A stretch of 64,000 bases of DNA, from positions 972,942 through 1,036,941 of the forward strand of contig CAJFCJ010000009.1 in assembly GCA_904063045.1 (NCBI GenBank). Direction: 5' to 3'. Origin of the DNA: Dimorphilus gyrociliatus. Taxonomy: Eukaryota > Animalia > Annelida. Made by a program: the position numbers and the translations under genes. How positions within the stretch are numbered: position 1 is the stretch's first letter; each line of letters begins with the position of its first letter. The notes under the pieces were generated by a model. It saw only the letters and a program-made list of their open reading frames with translations. It was not told the origin of the DNA and did no database searches. Shown one piece after another: positions 25,801 through 35,978 of this stretch.

Positions 25801-27263
25801 TCTAACTCTTTCTAATTCTTGTTGCGTTACTTTCATATCGCCATCTCTTTGATCAATTAATCTCTGTAAATCTTGATGTTTACGATAATGTTTTTCGTTG
25901 TTATTGTCCTGTTTAACTTTTGCTTCGGCAACCTCATCCCTCAGTTTCTGAAGAGTAAATACATTGTTTAACTTTACCAAACTTAAAAAAGTACTTTGTA
26001 AGTAGTACAATCTTACGTTTACTGTGTCCTCCAACTCGGTATTATTTCTAGTAAGAGTTCTAACTTCTTGTTCGTAACTTCTTGCCTTGTTCAAATATTC
26101 CTGTTTGGATTTAATCACAATAAGTTCTTATCGATAAAGTGTTGAAACATAAAAAAAATTCGTAAAGATGGTAATATCACTCTCACCACTGGAGTAGTTA
26201 ACGGATTATCCCAAGTAACGCGTTTCTTATTCATAATACCCTAATATCCATACAAACACAGCGAGGGGGGAAAGGCGCCAGCAGTAGTGGTATAAATTAG
26301 AAAGTGACTGTCGGAGCTACGCAACTTGTTTGAGCCTGCAAACTTGGCGAGGCGTGTAATGTTTATTTAACGTTCAGGGGTGCTCAAATAAAGCCATTCA
26401 ATGGCGATGCGTCTTTGAATGCTCTTTTAATTCGGCATTAGGGCGTCAAGCCTAATTTACGTATAATTATGGATTTATTGAACGCTTGTGAATGGTAATT
26501 GATTATAATATCTTTTAATTAAAACGTTATTTACTAAGTGTACATTAATTTTTTTATAGTTTTATCCTCTAAATTTATTAATTTTAGTAATTTTAATCGC
26601 AATCAATAAGAATGATATTGAATAATTTTATTGACTTCTTTCGATAATGTTTACTTAAATATTATTCGCGCCTAACTTCTTTTTTCAAATTACCAAACAA
26701 ACATAAAAAGCATGTAAACATAAATATTTTTAAAAATTGTGCTATAAATATACATAATGTATATATATATTTAAATAAATTTAGCTTACCTTGGATATTT
26801 TATTAGTTTGTTGAAGTTTTCCTTCCATAGCTACTAGACGATCATTTGCTTCCGATTCGAGGTCTTCTACAGTTCTAACTAAAACTTCATTCTGCTCTGT
26901 TAAGTCTTTTATATATGATTGAAGTATTTTAGCTCGTTGCTGAAAAATTAGATGAAATTTAAACCCAAATTGTAATTTAAATAAAGTATTTTCCCGCCAC
27001 TAGCAGACCGCGAAAGAAGGCGGCCTGTTCGAACTTGTTTTAAAATAAAATTTTACCTTATCAACATTCGTTCCGGACTTTTCCAATTCTTCCAAACCAA
27101 GCAATTTCGATTCATAGTTTGTTTTAAACTTGGCAAACATTCCATACATTTCGTTAGAGCTAACACTGCCTTCATTCCTGCTGCTGCGACCGCTTCGCGA
27201 CGATCGCGAAGAGAGCGGTCGATCTTGGCTTAATCTGGACGGACTTACTATGAAATCAGACAT
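16867..27263 (-). CDS. PMFBP1: Giant multi-exon coiled-coil protein, PMFBP1-like (about 2,200 aa by rough exon sum)
   Basis: More than 20 in-frame exons from MSDFIVSPSRL (27263) to ...ERPTALAS* (16867), including a ~2.6-kb exon. The spliced segment VNTWVREQKTANEKLGNKIREQSRAIVSLTAEKE matches the recalled PMFBP1 motif WAKQQKVANEKLGNQLREQ...LSGEKD. Orthology is not proven. Confidence 0.65.
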
Positions 27264-27396
27264 TATTTTTTCAAATTGTAAAATTTTGCATTTAATCCAA
27301 TTGATTGCGTAATCATGCAAACTAAATAAAAAAATAAACAAAAATTCCGGCTGCTCTGGTTCGATTTACGGCGCCATCTTTATCCTGCAAATATCG

Positions 27397-27538
27397 GTCA
27401 CGTGGCCAGAAACATACACAAAGAATCGATCGGAATGACACCTGGGTTTATAATTTTGAACTTTCGACCAGCGCCTTCTGGATTTTCTGTTAAACAGAAT
27501 AAAAACATCACGTGACTGATCTGTCGATATCACGTGAG
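27397..27538. promoter_or_regulatory. Three CLEAR/E-box-like elements in the bidirectional NPC2 / PMFBP1-like promoter
   Basis: GTCACGTGGC at 27397-27406, ATCACGTGAC at 27507-27516 and ATCACGTGAG at 27529-27538, lying 60-200 bp upstream of the NPC2 ATG. Confidence 0.65.
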
Positions 27539-27599
27539 AAATCAACTCGGCTCATTTCCTCTATCGTCAAAGATATATTAGTATCGAACTAAGTGGAAG

Positions 27600-28173
27600 A
27601 TGTTAAGATTGGCAGTATTCTCTCTCATTTTGGCAGCCGCCTATTGTAAAACACCATGGGTCCCATGTCCAGACGGTAAGAGTACTTTTATACTTTAGTA
27701 TATACATACTATTAAAAATTAATTTAATGTCATCAGCATCGAAGGCAGGGACTCCTAAGAATGTTGTAGTTCCAGACTGCAACTCTGTTCCTTGCAAGCT
27801 GAAAAAGGGAACAGATGTCAGTTTTGCCGTTGAATTTGAGTCTAAGGAAACAGCAGCAAACTTAACTGCTGTCGTCCATGGTATTTTAGGGAGCCTACCG
27901 GTACCTTTCCCCTTGAGCAATCCAAATGCTTGTAAAGACTCTGGTATACAATGCCCTATTAAGATGAATCAGAAATACAAATATAATCAGAAAATAAGTA
28001 TCTCCAAGTCTTATCCTACAGTAAGTATTGAAAAATATAACTCCAGATCGGTTTGTTCTTACAAAAAATTGTCTTTTTTGCCACAGATAAGCGTCAAAGT
28101 AAAATGGGAATTAAAAGACAGCGCTCATAAAGACCTTTTCTGCATTCTAGTTCCCGTTGCAATAGTTGATTAA
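27600..28173 (+). CDS. NPC2: NPC intracellular cholesterol transporter 2 (ML domain)
   Basis: Signal peptide MLRLAVFSLILAAAYC, then PCKLKKGTDVSFAVEF, GILGSLPVPFPLSNPNACKDSGIQCPI, KSYPT and VKWELKD...FC. 3 exons. Confidence 0.93.
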
Positions 28174-28985
28174 TCATTTCTATTCTTAACTCACTTGAAC
28201 ACTCGACTTGATGCATTAGTTCAAGCTCTTTATGAAATATTTTTGACACTGAATAAATTAGTACATATATTTTATAGTTAAATTATCTTATTGTCTATTA
28301 TTATTGTTATTACATACGCCTTACTAAGAATAGATTTAATGAATATTTAAATTCTCAATCGAAAGAGAATCGTGTGATCTTAAATGTAGGTTGCCAGAAG
28401 GATATTATGAGAAGTCTGATACAAATTGAACTAGTATTTTATTCTCTGCAATAATTTTTGTTGCTGAATTCATATTTCACAAAAGGATGGTAGGTATCAC
28501 TCTCCTTTAACAAACAAATATGATAATTCTTCACTCCAAGGAATACAAAATTCCAAGAAAAAATTATTAAAGATATGGAAAAATAAATAGATAGTTATCG
28601 CAAAGAAAAATGCATAAGTGTTAGAACGCATAGATATTATGAAGAATGTGGTAAAGAAATAATAAAGAAAATATATAATGTTAGACTGCAACAGTTACAT
28701 TTGTTGAGTACTTTAGAATGTAAAAATATTTTGATAAACATGTTTTGAGAAAGTCTTAGCCAATGAAACATAAAAACAAAAAATTCCATTTTGGCGAACT
28801 CAGAAGTAAGTCTGTCCAGGATGCTCCACTTTTCCCTCAACAACAAAAAGTAGATATTAAATCTTTCACAATAGCGCTAATTTCTTCTAATTAAATATCA
28901 ATCAATGGTCAATCAATTATCAAATACAAAATCACCATCAAAAATCTTGTATAAACAATATTTAAATCAGTTAACAGCTATGTTG

Positions 28986-30090
28986 TCACAACTTGTATTG
29001 CTCTGATTGTTTTTTTCTTTCCATTTCAATGTGCAGAGCTGTACGATATTTTTCGTACATTGAATATCTTCTTTCTAAATGTTGCTTATAAATCCTGACT
29101 AGCATAACGTCATATTCCTGTAATTGTGAAATTTTAAATTTATGCCATTTGATCATATGATCGTGGGCGGTTGATGAGTGATAATAAACCACAAGCCAAT
29201 CAGGAAAGTTATCTGGATTTACCAACACTTGCGGTGGTCGACTTCTTGGCGGCTGTAGAGCTTCATAAGACACGAGTTCAGCCCCGTTTACAGACATTAG
29301 GCTAGGATGATTGTATTGTGCCGTTTGGGTTCTATGGTTAACATAATATATTCCGTGTTCTTTTGACTCAACTTGAACCCAATCTGTTGGCAAGCTTTCG
29401 GCAGTTAAAGGATGACTCCAAGACGTAGTATGAGTATTGTGATCTATGTAGTATTTCCTCCCTCGTACAGTCCAATCAACACTCCATCCAGGGGGTAAAT
29501 TTTCTCGATTAGGATCATCTTCTTTTACAGATAACTGATATAATGATTGTCGCAATGCTGGGCTAGAGTTTTGCCTCTTCATATATCTTTCTCGTACTTC
29601 CTTATGATAAAGTTCAATTTGACGATTATCAATCTCATCCTGTTCAGCATTATTTTCATAAATAAGAGCTGAATCATTCGCATAATTTTGACTAGGTTTA
29701 TAGAGCTCAATATGATTTCTGGGTGGTAAAGCAGGTGCTGAACCAACGCTACTTGGACTCGATATGTATGTAGGACTCGATATATACGTAGGGCTCGATA
29801 TGTACGTAGGACGAGTAGGCGACGTCACATTTAACTTTAAATCATTTATTTCTTTTAAAAGTTGATTTTTATTATGTTGTTTTTGTGGACTAATGTAATT
29901 TCTTTGACTTAGCGGTCTTGAACTAGATATACTTGCATTGTCTTAATTAATAAAAATTGATGTATTAATTGAAAATTATATATTACAATCACTTACTTAT
30001 CAAACCAGGTAAAGTTTGCCTCTTGATATATTTTCCTTCTATACCTTGAATTGATGAGATCGTAGATTCTTTGGATTTTTTGCGCAACAT
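28986..30090 (-). CDS. SAV1: Protein salvador homolog (two WW domains plus SARAH)
   Basis: Exon 1 30090-29997 (MLRKKSKE...[10 protein letters not shown], like SAV1 MLSRKK...QGKYVKKET) and exon 2 29941-28986. WW1 is [30 protein letters not shown], followed by WW2 and a C-terminal SARAH ([17 protein letters not shown]). Confidence 0.93.
29755..29808 (-). repeat. Three 18-nt coding tandem repeats (PTYISS x3) in SAV1
   Basis: Units ggactcgatatgtatgta / ggactcgatatatacgta / gggctcgatatgtacgta. Confidence 0.9.
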
Positions 30091-30421
30091 GATTTTATTT
30101 TACTTAGTTAAGCTCAGAGACGACAAGCTTATCACGACTTTTAACTCGTATGATACATTAAAGAAAGGAGAGAAATGTTCTGAACACTTAAAATCACTCC
30201 AAATTGAAGACAGACGAAAACATTCTCCCTCGATTATGGGAAATCCCGGGGAATTCCGTGCCAACATCGAGTTCTCACAAATGTTATGAAAAAAATAATT
30301 GTGATAGTTTTTCAAAATATTTTATTTTGTTTAAATTTAAAATATTATTTATGGCTTACAGTAGTAAAAAAATACAAAAAAAAAATTTTTTTATCGACAT
30401 TTTAACTCAAGCTGCAAGAAA

Positions 30422-30432
30422 CTTCCTTTTCC
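30422..30432 (+). promoter_or_regulatory. TCT/5'TOP-type pyrimidine initiator of RPL5
   Basis: cttccttttcc about 70 nt upstream of the RPL5 ATG. This is typical of ribosomal protein genes. Confidence 0.6.
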
Positions 30433-30498
30433 GGTGTAAGCCCACAGCCGAAGCTACTGCTTAAGGATTTCGGAATAATTTTCCGTTAATAGTTAAGG

Positions 30499-31519
30499 AT
30501 GGTAAGTAATCTGCACGTAGAAATGTTTTAAATTATTTGAGTGACTTCTTCTCGTGATTTTCATATTTTGATTGTCTATTAAATGAAAGATATTTAGAGA
30601 TTATATTTAACATGACAAATGTTACCGACAGCCGTTCGTTAAAGTTGTTAAAAATAAAGCGTACTTTAAACGCTACCAACCAAAATACCGTCGTCGACGT
30701 GAAGGAAAAACTGACTTCTTCGCTCGAAAGAGGTTGGTAACTCAAGATAAGAACAAGTACAATACGCCGAAATACCGAATGATTGTCCGCTTTACCAACA
30801 AGGATATCATTACGCAGATAGCGTATGCTCGTATTGAAGGTGATAAAATCGTGTGTGCAGCTTATGCTCACGAATTGCCAAGATACGGCGTGAAGGTTGG
30901 GTTGACAAATTATGCAGCTGCCTACTGTACTGGACTCCTTCTAGCAAGAAGAGTTTTGAACAAATTCAAGCTCGATTCCATCTATGAAGGACAAACTAAA
31001 GTTGATGGGGATGAATACCTCGTTGAGGAAATCGATGACAAACCAGCTCCATTCAGATGTTACCTTGATATTGGTTTGGCTAGAGCAACCACTGGTGCTC
31101 GTATCTTCGGCGCTTTGAAAGGAGCTGCCGATGGTGGTTTGGAAATTCCTCATAAAACCAAGAGGTTCCCTGGATATGATAGTGAATCGAACAACTTCGA
31201 TGCTGAAGTACACAAGAAGCACATTTTCGGACAACACGTAGCCGATTACATGCGTATGCTCCAAGAAGAAGATGAAGATGCATACAAAAGGCAATTCGGA
31301 AAGTTCATCAAGCTTGGAATCACTGCTGATTCCATCAAGGGCATGTATGAAAAGTGTCACGCCGCCATCCGAAAAGATCCAGTGCACAAAGCAACTGAGA
31401 AGAAGACCGAGCCTAAACCCAAGCGCTACAACAGAATTAAGATGTCTAAAAAACAGAGAGAAGCCAGCGTTGCTCAGAAAAAGGCCTTCTTCTTGAAGAC
31501 CCTGGAAGAAAACAAATAG
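30499..31519 (+). CDS. RPL5: 60S ribosomal protein L5 (uL18)
   Basis: ATG-only exon 1 (30499-30501), a 130-nt intron, then [28 protein letters not shown]...[14 protein letters not shown]...[11 protein letters not shown]. Confidence 0.98.
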
Positions 31520-31892
31520 ATAAAAAGTCTTTTGTGCTGTTAGTTTACGTACGATATGCACAATAAAAGGCTTTAAATGACATAAATATAATTGATCTTT
31601 AATTGCGCTTTCACCGTTTGCGAGTGTTTTCGGTCGCCTAAATTGAAAACAGATATCTTGTTTTCATATAATATTAGCACTTGTCTTGCATCTTAGTCTT
31701 GATCTACAGATAGAGAAACATTTATAAATTATCGACCAAAGTTCATGGCGATGAGGACATCGGCTATGTTGAAATACGTCACATTACCAAATTTAAATTT
31801 AAAAATTCAACTTCGGTTAAGTCAATTGGTTAGTGTTGTGTTAGTCAAGCTACAAAAATAGTTGGTGAATTGACGAACACGAAAGTGAAGTA

Positions 31893-34800
31893 ATGAGTTG
31901 GGTTAGTGACATTCTACCAAATCACATTCAGGATATCATATTACTCGATAGTAAAAAAAAGCTTGAACTTTGCCACAATTCAGAATTTCGGCAGTATCTC
32001 ATTTCTAATTCGCAATTACTTTGCCAACTATGGTTAGATTCCGAAAGTAGACAAATTCTTCAAAAAGACACTAAAATTTCCAAATATACCGAATCACAAC
32101 AGTTCAAGGATGAACAATTAACGTATAGAGCAAATAACCTCATTCCCAATGAGGATCTGTTAATTTATTGCCTAATGGAACCAGACCTAATAAAAGTTGT
32201 TGAAACTGATCATCAACTACAAAAGGTCATTTTAGAAGATCCTTCCATGCTATCCTACTGTAGAGCAAAGAAAATTGACATAAACTTCCCATCAATTATG
32301 GAAATACTAAATGACTCCAAAGCTGTTAAGCAATTAATTGAATCACCTGAAATCTCAAAAAGGCTTGACCAAATAAAGAAAGGAGAATTGAAGAAAAGCA
32401 TATCTCTCCCTTCCATTGAATACTCCAATGCAGAAATCGATTCTCTTCAAAGTGATCTTAAAAGAACTTTACTCATCTTGAAAACGTCTGTAAATGAGCT
32501 TACCGACCAAGAGGTAAATTTAAAAGACGAATTGACTACCCATAATGATAATACCAACTCAAATCAAAATCATAAGAATAATAGTGATAATACACACGAA
32601 TTGATTACGGACAATCAAAGAGATATTGAATTAGAAAATGAGCTGAAAGAGGTGAAAATTAGTCTTCGTATGACAAGAGAAGATCTAAAGAAGGAAAAAG
32701 ATGTAAATGAAAAGCTGAATGAAATAATTAGAGATAAGAATGAACAGTTAAGAGTAGGTGTTGTTTCATTGTTAGAAGCTGGAAAATTGAATACTTTGCA
32801 TTCGTTAATAGAAGCCGAAGCCAAATTAAATGATATGAGAGTAACAAATGATAAATTAATGGTTGATTATGAAACGAATCATCAGTCCTTAGTAAACGTT
32901 ATAAAGGAAAATACAGAACTCGAAAGGTCTATTAGACTATTAACAAAACGTTTAATTAAAGAAAAAAATCTTGTGTCACTTATGATATCATCGAAAGTGG
33001 AGTTAGAGAAGGTTATGGTTCCCCTAACTAATGAAAGGGACTCACTGAGGAAAGAGAAAAGAGAATTAACCAAAAATTTAGAAGAATGCCAATCTCATCT
33101 ACAAATAGAAGGCTTAAAAGCAGATGAAAATTTAAGAAATCTCAAGAATGATTACGAGAAAGCTATAAATATCCTTAAAGAAGATACTAGGAGTTTGATG
33201 ACTGATCTTATTGGTGTAAAATCGCATAATGAAATGATTTCTACTGAAACTAAAAATATGAGATCAATTCTCGAAACGGCTAAGAGGAATGAGGAAGAGT
33301 TAAACAGAAAATTTCAAGTACTTCTTGAAGAAAACTCAACTTGCAGAGAGGAAACGGAAAAAATCCTTGAAGAATACGAGAACAAAGTAGCAGATAATTG
33401 CAGAATGAATGAAACAATTGAAGAATTGAAAAAAGATAAAGAGAACTTTTTATCGGATAAATATGCGTTGGAGAGGAGTATTCAAAGGCTTGGAGATGAA
33501 ATAATTAAGATGAAAGAGGATATAGAAGAGAGCGGCAGGCGATTAGGAGACGCTCGGTCAACTAGTTTAACAACTGAAAAATTATATCAAGAATCTCAAA
33601 CAGCTTTGGCAATTGCTCAAGCTGACGTTAGAGCAATGAGAAGTCAAATGGAAGCCGCTGAAGAAGAAAGGATTAATTCCGACAATAAACTTTATCATTA
33701 TAAAGAACGCAATGATAAATTAGTTAAGGAATTAGAAAATTTACACAATCGCCTATCATTGGAACAAGGTGCACTTTCGGAAGAAAAGAAAAATTTATCA
33801 GAAATGAAAACCGAACTAATCTTCCTCAATGAGGTTCAAGAAAAATCTAATAAAGAAATATCGACATTATTAGCATCTCTGGAAAATGAAAGAAATTTAC
33901 ATATGTCATTAAGAGATCAATATCTCCTTGCTGAAAAACAACAAATGATCATGTCGGAAAGCATTAGACAATATGAAATTCAAGTTGCAAACTTGGAAGA
34001 AAATCTCAGTTCGGAAAGAGGTCAAATTGAAATAGTTAAGCTAGAGAGAGAAAAATATCTTCAAGACTTAAATAGTCTTCGGTTGCATTGCAGTACTCAA
34101 GAAGAAATTCTATATCACGAAAGAGAAAAATGCAAAGAAACTGTTGAAAGCATTCGTAATGACTTTTTAGAAGATTTAAAGTTTTGCCAAGAAGAGAGGA
34201 AGAATTTCGAACAGTTAAATTACAAGCTCAGGCAAGATCTCTCAGAATCTAGAGAGAAATTAAGGCAAAAAGATCTGCAACTAAGGTCAGCTTTGTACTC
34301 GATTGGCCAGTTGGACTCAGAAGCAAAAGGTAGAAGGGAATTGGAATGTCAACTCATGGAATCGGAAGCAGAGCTTCAAAATCTTAAATTGGAAATTGAT
34401 AGTTTACGCGTAGAGAGAAAATGCTCTGATGAGAAATATAGCGAATTTGTTGATCAGAACGACAAACTACGACTGATCATTCAACAATTAAAAGAAGGAG
34501 TAAAAGTACTCAAAGAAGAATATACTAGAGAAGTATTTGTTTTGCGCAAGGAATTAGAACGCAACTCCCGTTCCACGAAGGACGAACTAAACAATCTTAG
34601 AAGTGAATTGACTAAGAAAAGTGCAGAACTTAAAACAAGCGAAGCATCCCTCGCCGTTTTAAACGATAGTAAAGAAGAGTTAGAAAATGTAAGAAATTGT
34701 TTTGAGCAGACAATCACTGCTCTTAAGAAACGACTCTATCAAGAAGTTACTAATAGAAGATTACTGGAAGAACGCCTTAAAGCTTTGAAAGATAGTCGTC

Positions 34801-35375
34801 GAATTGCTTGCGACGAATATCCAAATTCATTGGAGGAAAAACCCGTCGAACACGAATTGAAGTTGGCTCTTATAGAAGAACAAGAGAAAGTTGTTCAAAT
34901 GAAGAAACAATTAAAATCCGTTCAGGCTAGTGCATACACCCAAGAAGCCCATTTGCAAACTGTTGAATTACAACTATCTCAAGCTGAGAGTGAGTTGAAT
35001 CGCCTGAAAAGAAAAAGTCATACAAGGTCTTCAATGAATATCGAAGAAAATGAGAAAACTAATGAGGAAATGAAAAAACTACTTAATTTATACGAAAGCG
35101 AAAGAACAATCTTTTTTAGTTCAGCTCAGAGAATGGCAATTGACTTGGAAACTTGCCGCAAACAGATTCTAGAAAAAACCAAGGAAAATATTAAATTACA
35201 AGAAGAATTAACAAAAATGCAAGAAAAATGTACAAACTCTGAAAATCAACTTAAAAAAGTTGACAACGACATTAAAGAATTAAACAAAGATAATGAGTTT
35301 TATAAGCAGGAAACTTTTAAATCACAATTAAATAAACTAAGATCTTTAAATAATAAGTCTTATCAAGCTAGGTGA
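31893..35375 (+). CDS. Uncharacterised 1160-aa coiled-coil protein, intronless CDS
   Basis: A single 3,483-nt ORF with a helical/globular N-terminal ~170 aa followed by continuous heptad-rich E/K/L sequence. No family recognised. Confidence 0.85.
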   Translation: MSWVSDILPNHIQDIILLDSKKKLELCHNSEFRQYLISNSQLLCQLWLDSESRQILQKDTKISKYTESQQFKDEQLTYRANNLIPNEDLLIYCLMEPDLIKVVETDHQLQKVILEDPSMLSYCRAKKIDINFPSIMEILNDSKAVKQLIESPEISKRLDQIKKGELKKSISLPSIEYSNAEIDSLQSDLKRTLLILKTSVNELTDQEVNLKDELTTHNDNTNSNQNHKNNSDNTHELITDNQRDIELENELKEVKISLRMTREDLKKEKDVNEKLNEIIRDKNEQLRVGVVSLLEAGKLNTLHSLIEAEAKLNDMRVTNDKLMVDYETNHQSLVNVIKENTELERSIRLLTKRLIKEKNLVSLMISSKVELEKVMVPLTNERDSLRKEKRELTKNLEECQSHLQIEGLKADENLRNLKNDYEKAINILKEDTRSLMTDLIGVKSHNEMISTETKNMRSILETAKRNEEELNRKFQVLLEENSTCREETEKILEEYENKVADNCRMNETIEELKKDKENFLSDKYALERSIQRLGDEIIKMKEDIEESGRRLGDARSTSLTTEKLYQESQTALAIAQADVRAMRSQMEAAEEERINSDNKLYHYKERNDKLVKELENLHNRLSLEQGALSEEKKNLSEMKTELIFLNEVQEKSNKEISTLLASLENERNLHMSLRDQYLLAEKQQMIMSESIRQYEIQVANLEENLSSERGQIEIVKLEREKYLQDLNSLRLHCSTQEEILYHEREKCKETVESIRNDFLEDLKFCQEERKNFEQLNYKLRQDLSESREKLRQKDLQLRSALYSIGQLDSEAKGRRELECQLMESEAELQNLKLEIDSLRVERKCSDEKYSEFVDQNDKLRLIIQQLKEGVKVLKEEYTREVFVLRKELERNSRSTKDELNNLRSELTKKSAELKTSEASLAVLNDSKEELENVRNCFEQTITALKKRLYQEVTNRRLLEERLKALKDSRRIACDEYPNSLEEKPVEHELKLALIEEQEKVVQMKKQLKSVQASAYTQEAHLQTVELQLSQAESELNRLKRKSHTRSSMNIEENEKTNEEMKKLLNLYESERTIFFSSAQRMAIDLETCRKQILEKTKENIKLQEELTKMQEKCTNSENQLKKVDNDIKELNKDNEFYKQETFKSQLNKLRSLNNKSYQAR

Positions 35376-35978
35376 CACGAAAAGAAAACTTTCTTGTTTT
35401 ATTTCTAATCTCTGAAAGCTTTTCTTAATTGTTACATACTTTTGATTGATAATAATCAACTTTTCTTAAATAACATAAACATAAAAATAATAATAAAAAT
35501 CAATCAATATTTTATCGAATATTAATTTTCAAAAGCTTATAAAGTTTTCCGGTTAAATCTAACTTTCAAACTTTAAAATTAGTTGTCTGTTGCAGAGACT
35601 GCTGATTTCCTGTTCCTGTTGAACAACATGTATTGTGGGTAATCGTAGTCTTTTGAAAACTCTGATTTCGCGCTTATGCAAAAGCAAACGCCATCTAGTT
35701 ACCATTTCATTGGAGTTCAAGGACAGTTGAAAAAAATAGGCAAGTTTCTAGAATTAACGAAACGAAGCCAAATCAAACTACTTTATTTATAGTTTGGACG
35801 ATATTCGGTAAGTAGTTCATGATAATTCATTGATTGCAAAGAAGAGATAAAAGATTGAACAACAAATAAGTGATATTAAAAATAAGGCAACAAGCAGGAG
35901 TTGCATAAGGATATGTTGGCACGTTCTTTTACGGCGTTTTGTATCGCAGTAAACGCATTAAGAGCAAATTTATTCACC

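Noticed and set aside
28340-28850. Purine-rich stretch between NPC2 and SAV1 with short ORFs on both strands
   Set aside because: All frames are interrupted by stops, no consistent splice model emerges and no family is recognised. It is probably UTR or a decayed fragment.
30502-30631. Possible snoRNA in the longer first introns of RPL5 (and CCT7 6238-6369)
   Set aside because: No proper C box (RTGATGA) paired with a D box (CTGA) and terminal stem, and no H/ACA structure evident.
30941-31561. 206-aa antisense ORF over RPL5 (and similar antisense ORFs over CCT7 and SLU7)
   Set aside because: Shadow ORFs caused by the codon bias of highly expressed genes.
35559-35705. 48-codon minus-strand ORF (MVTRWRLLLHKREIR...) upstream of PCMT1
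   Set aside because: It overlaps promoter-like sequence containing the ATGGCG motif, and has no homology or splice support.
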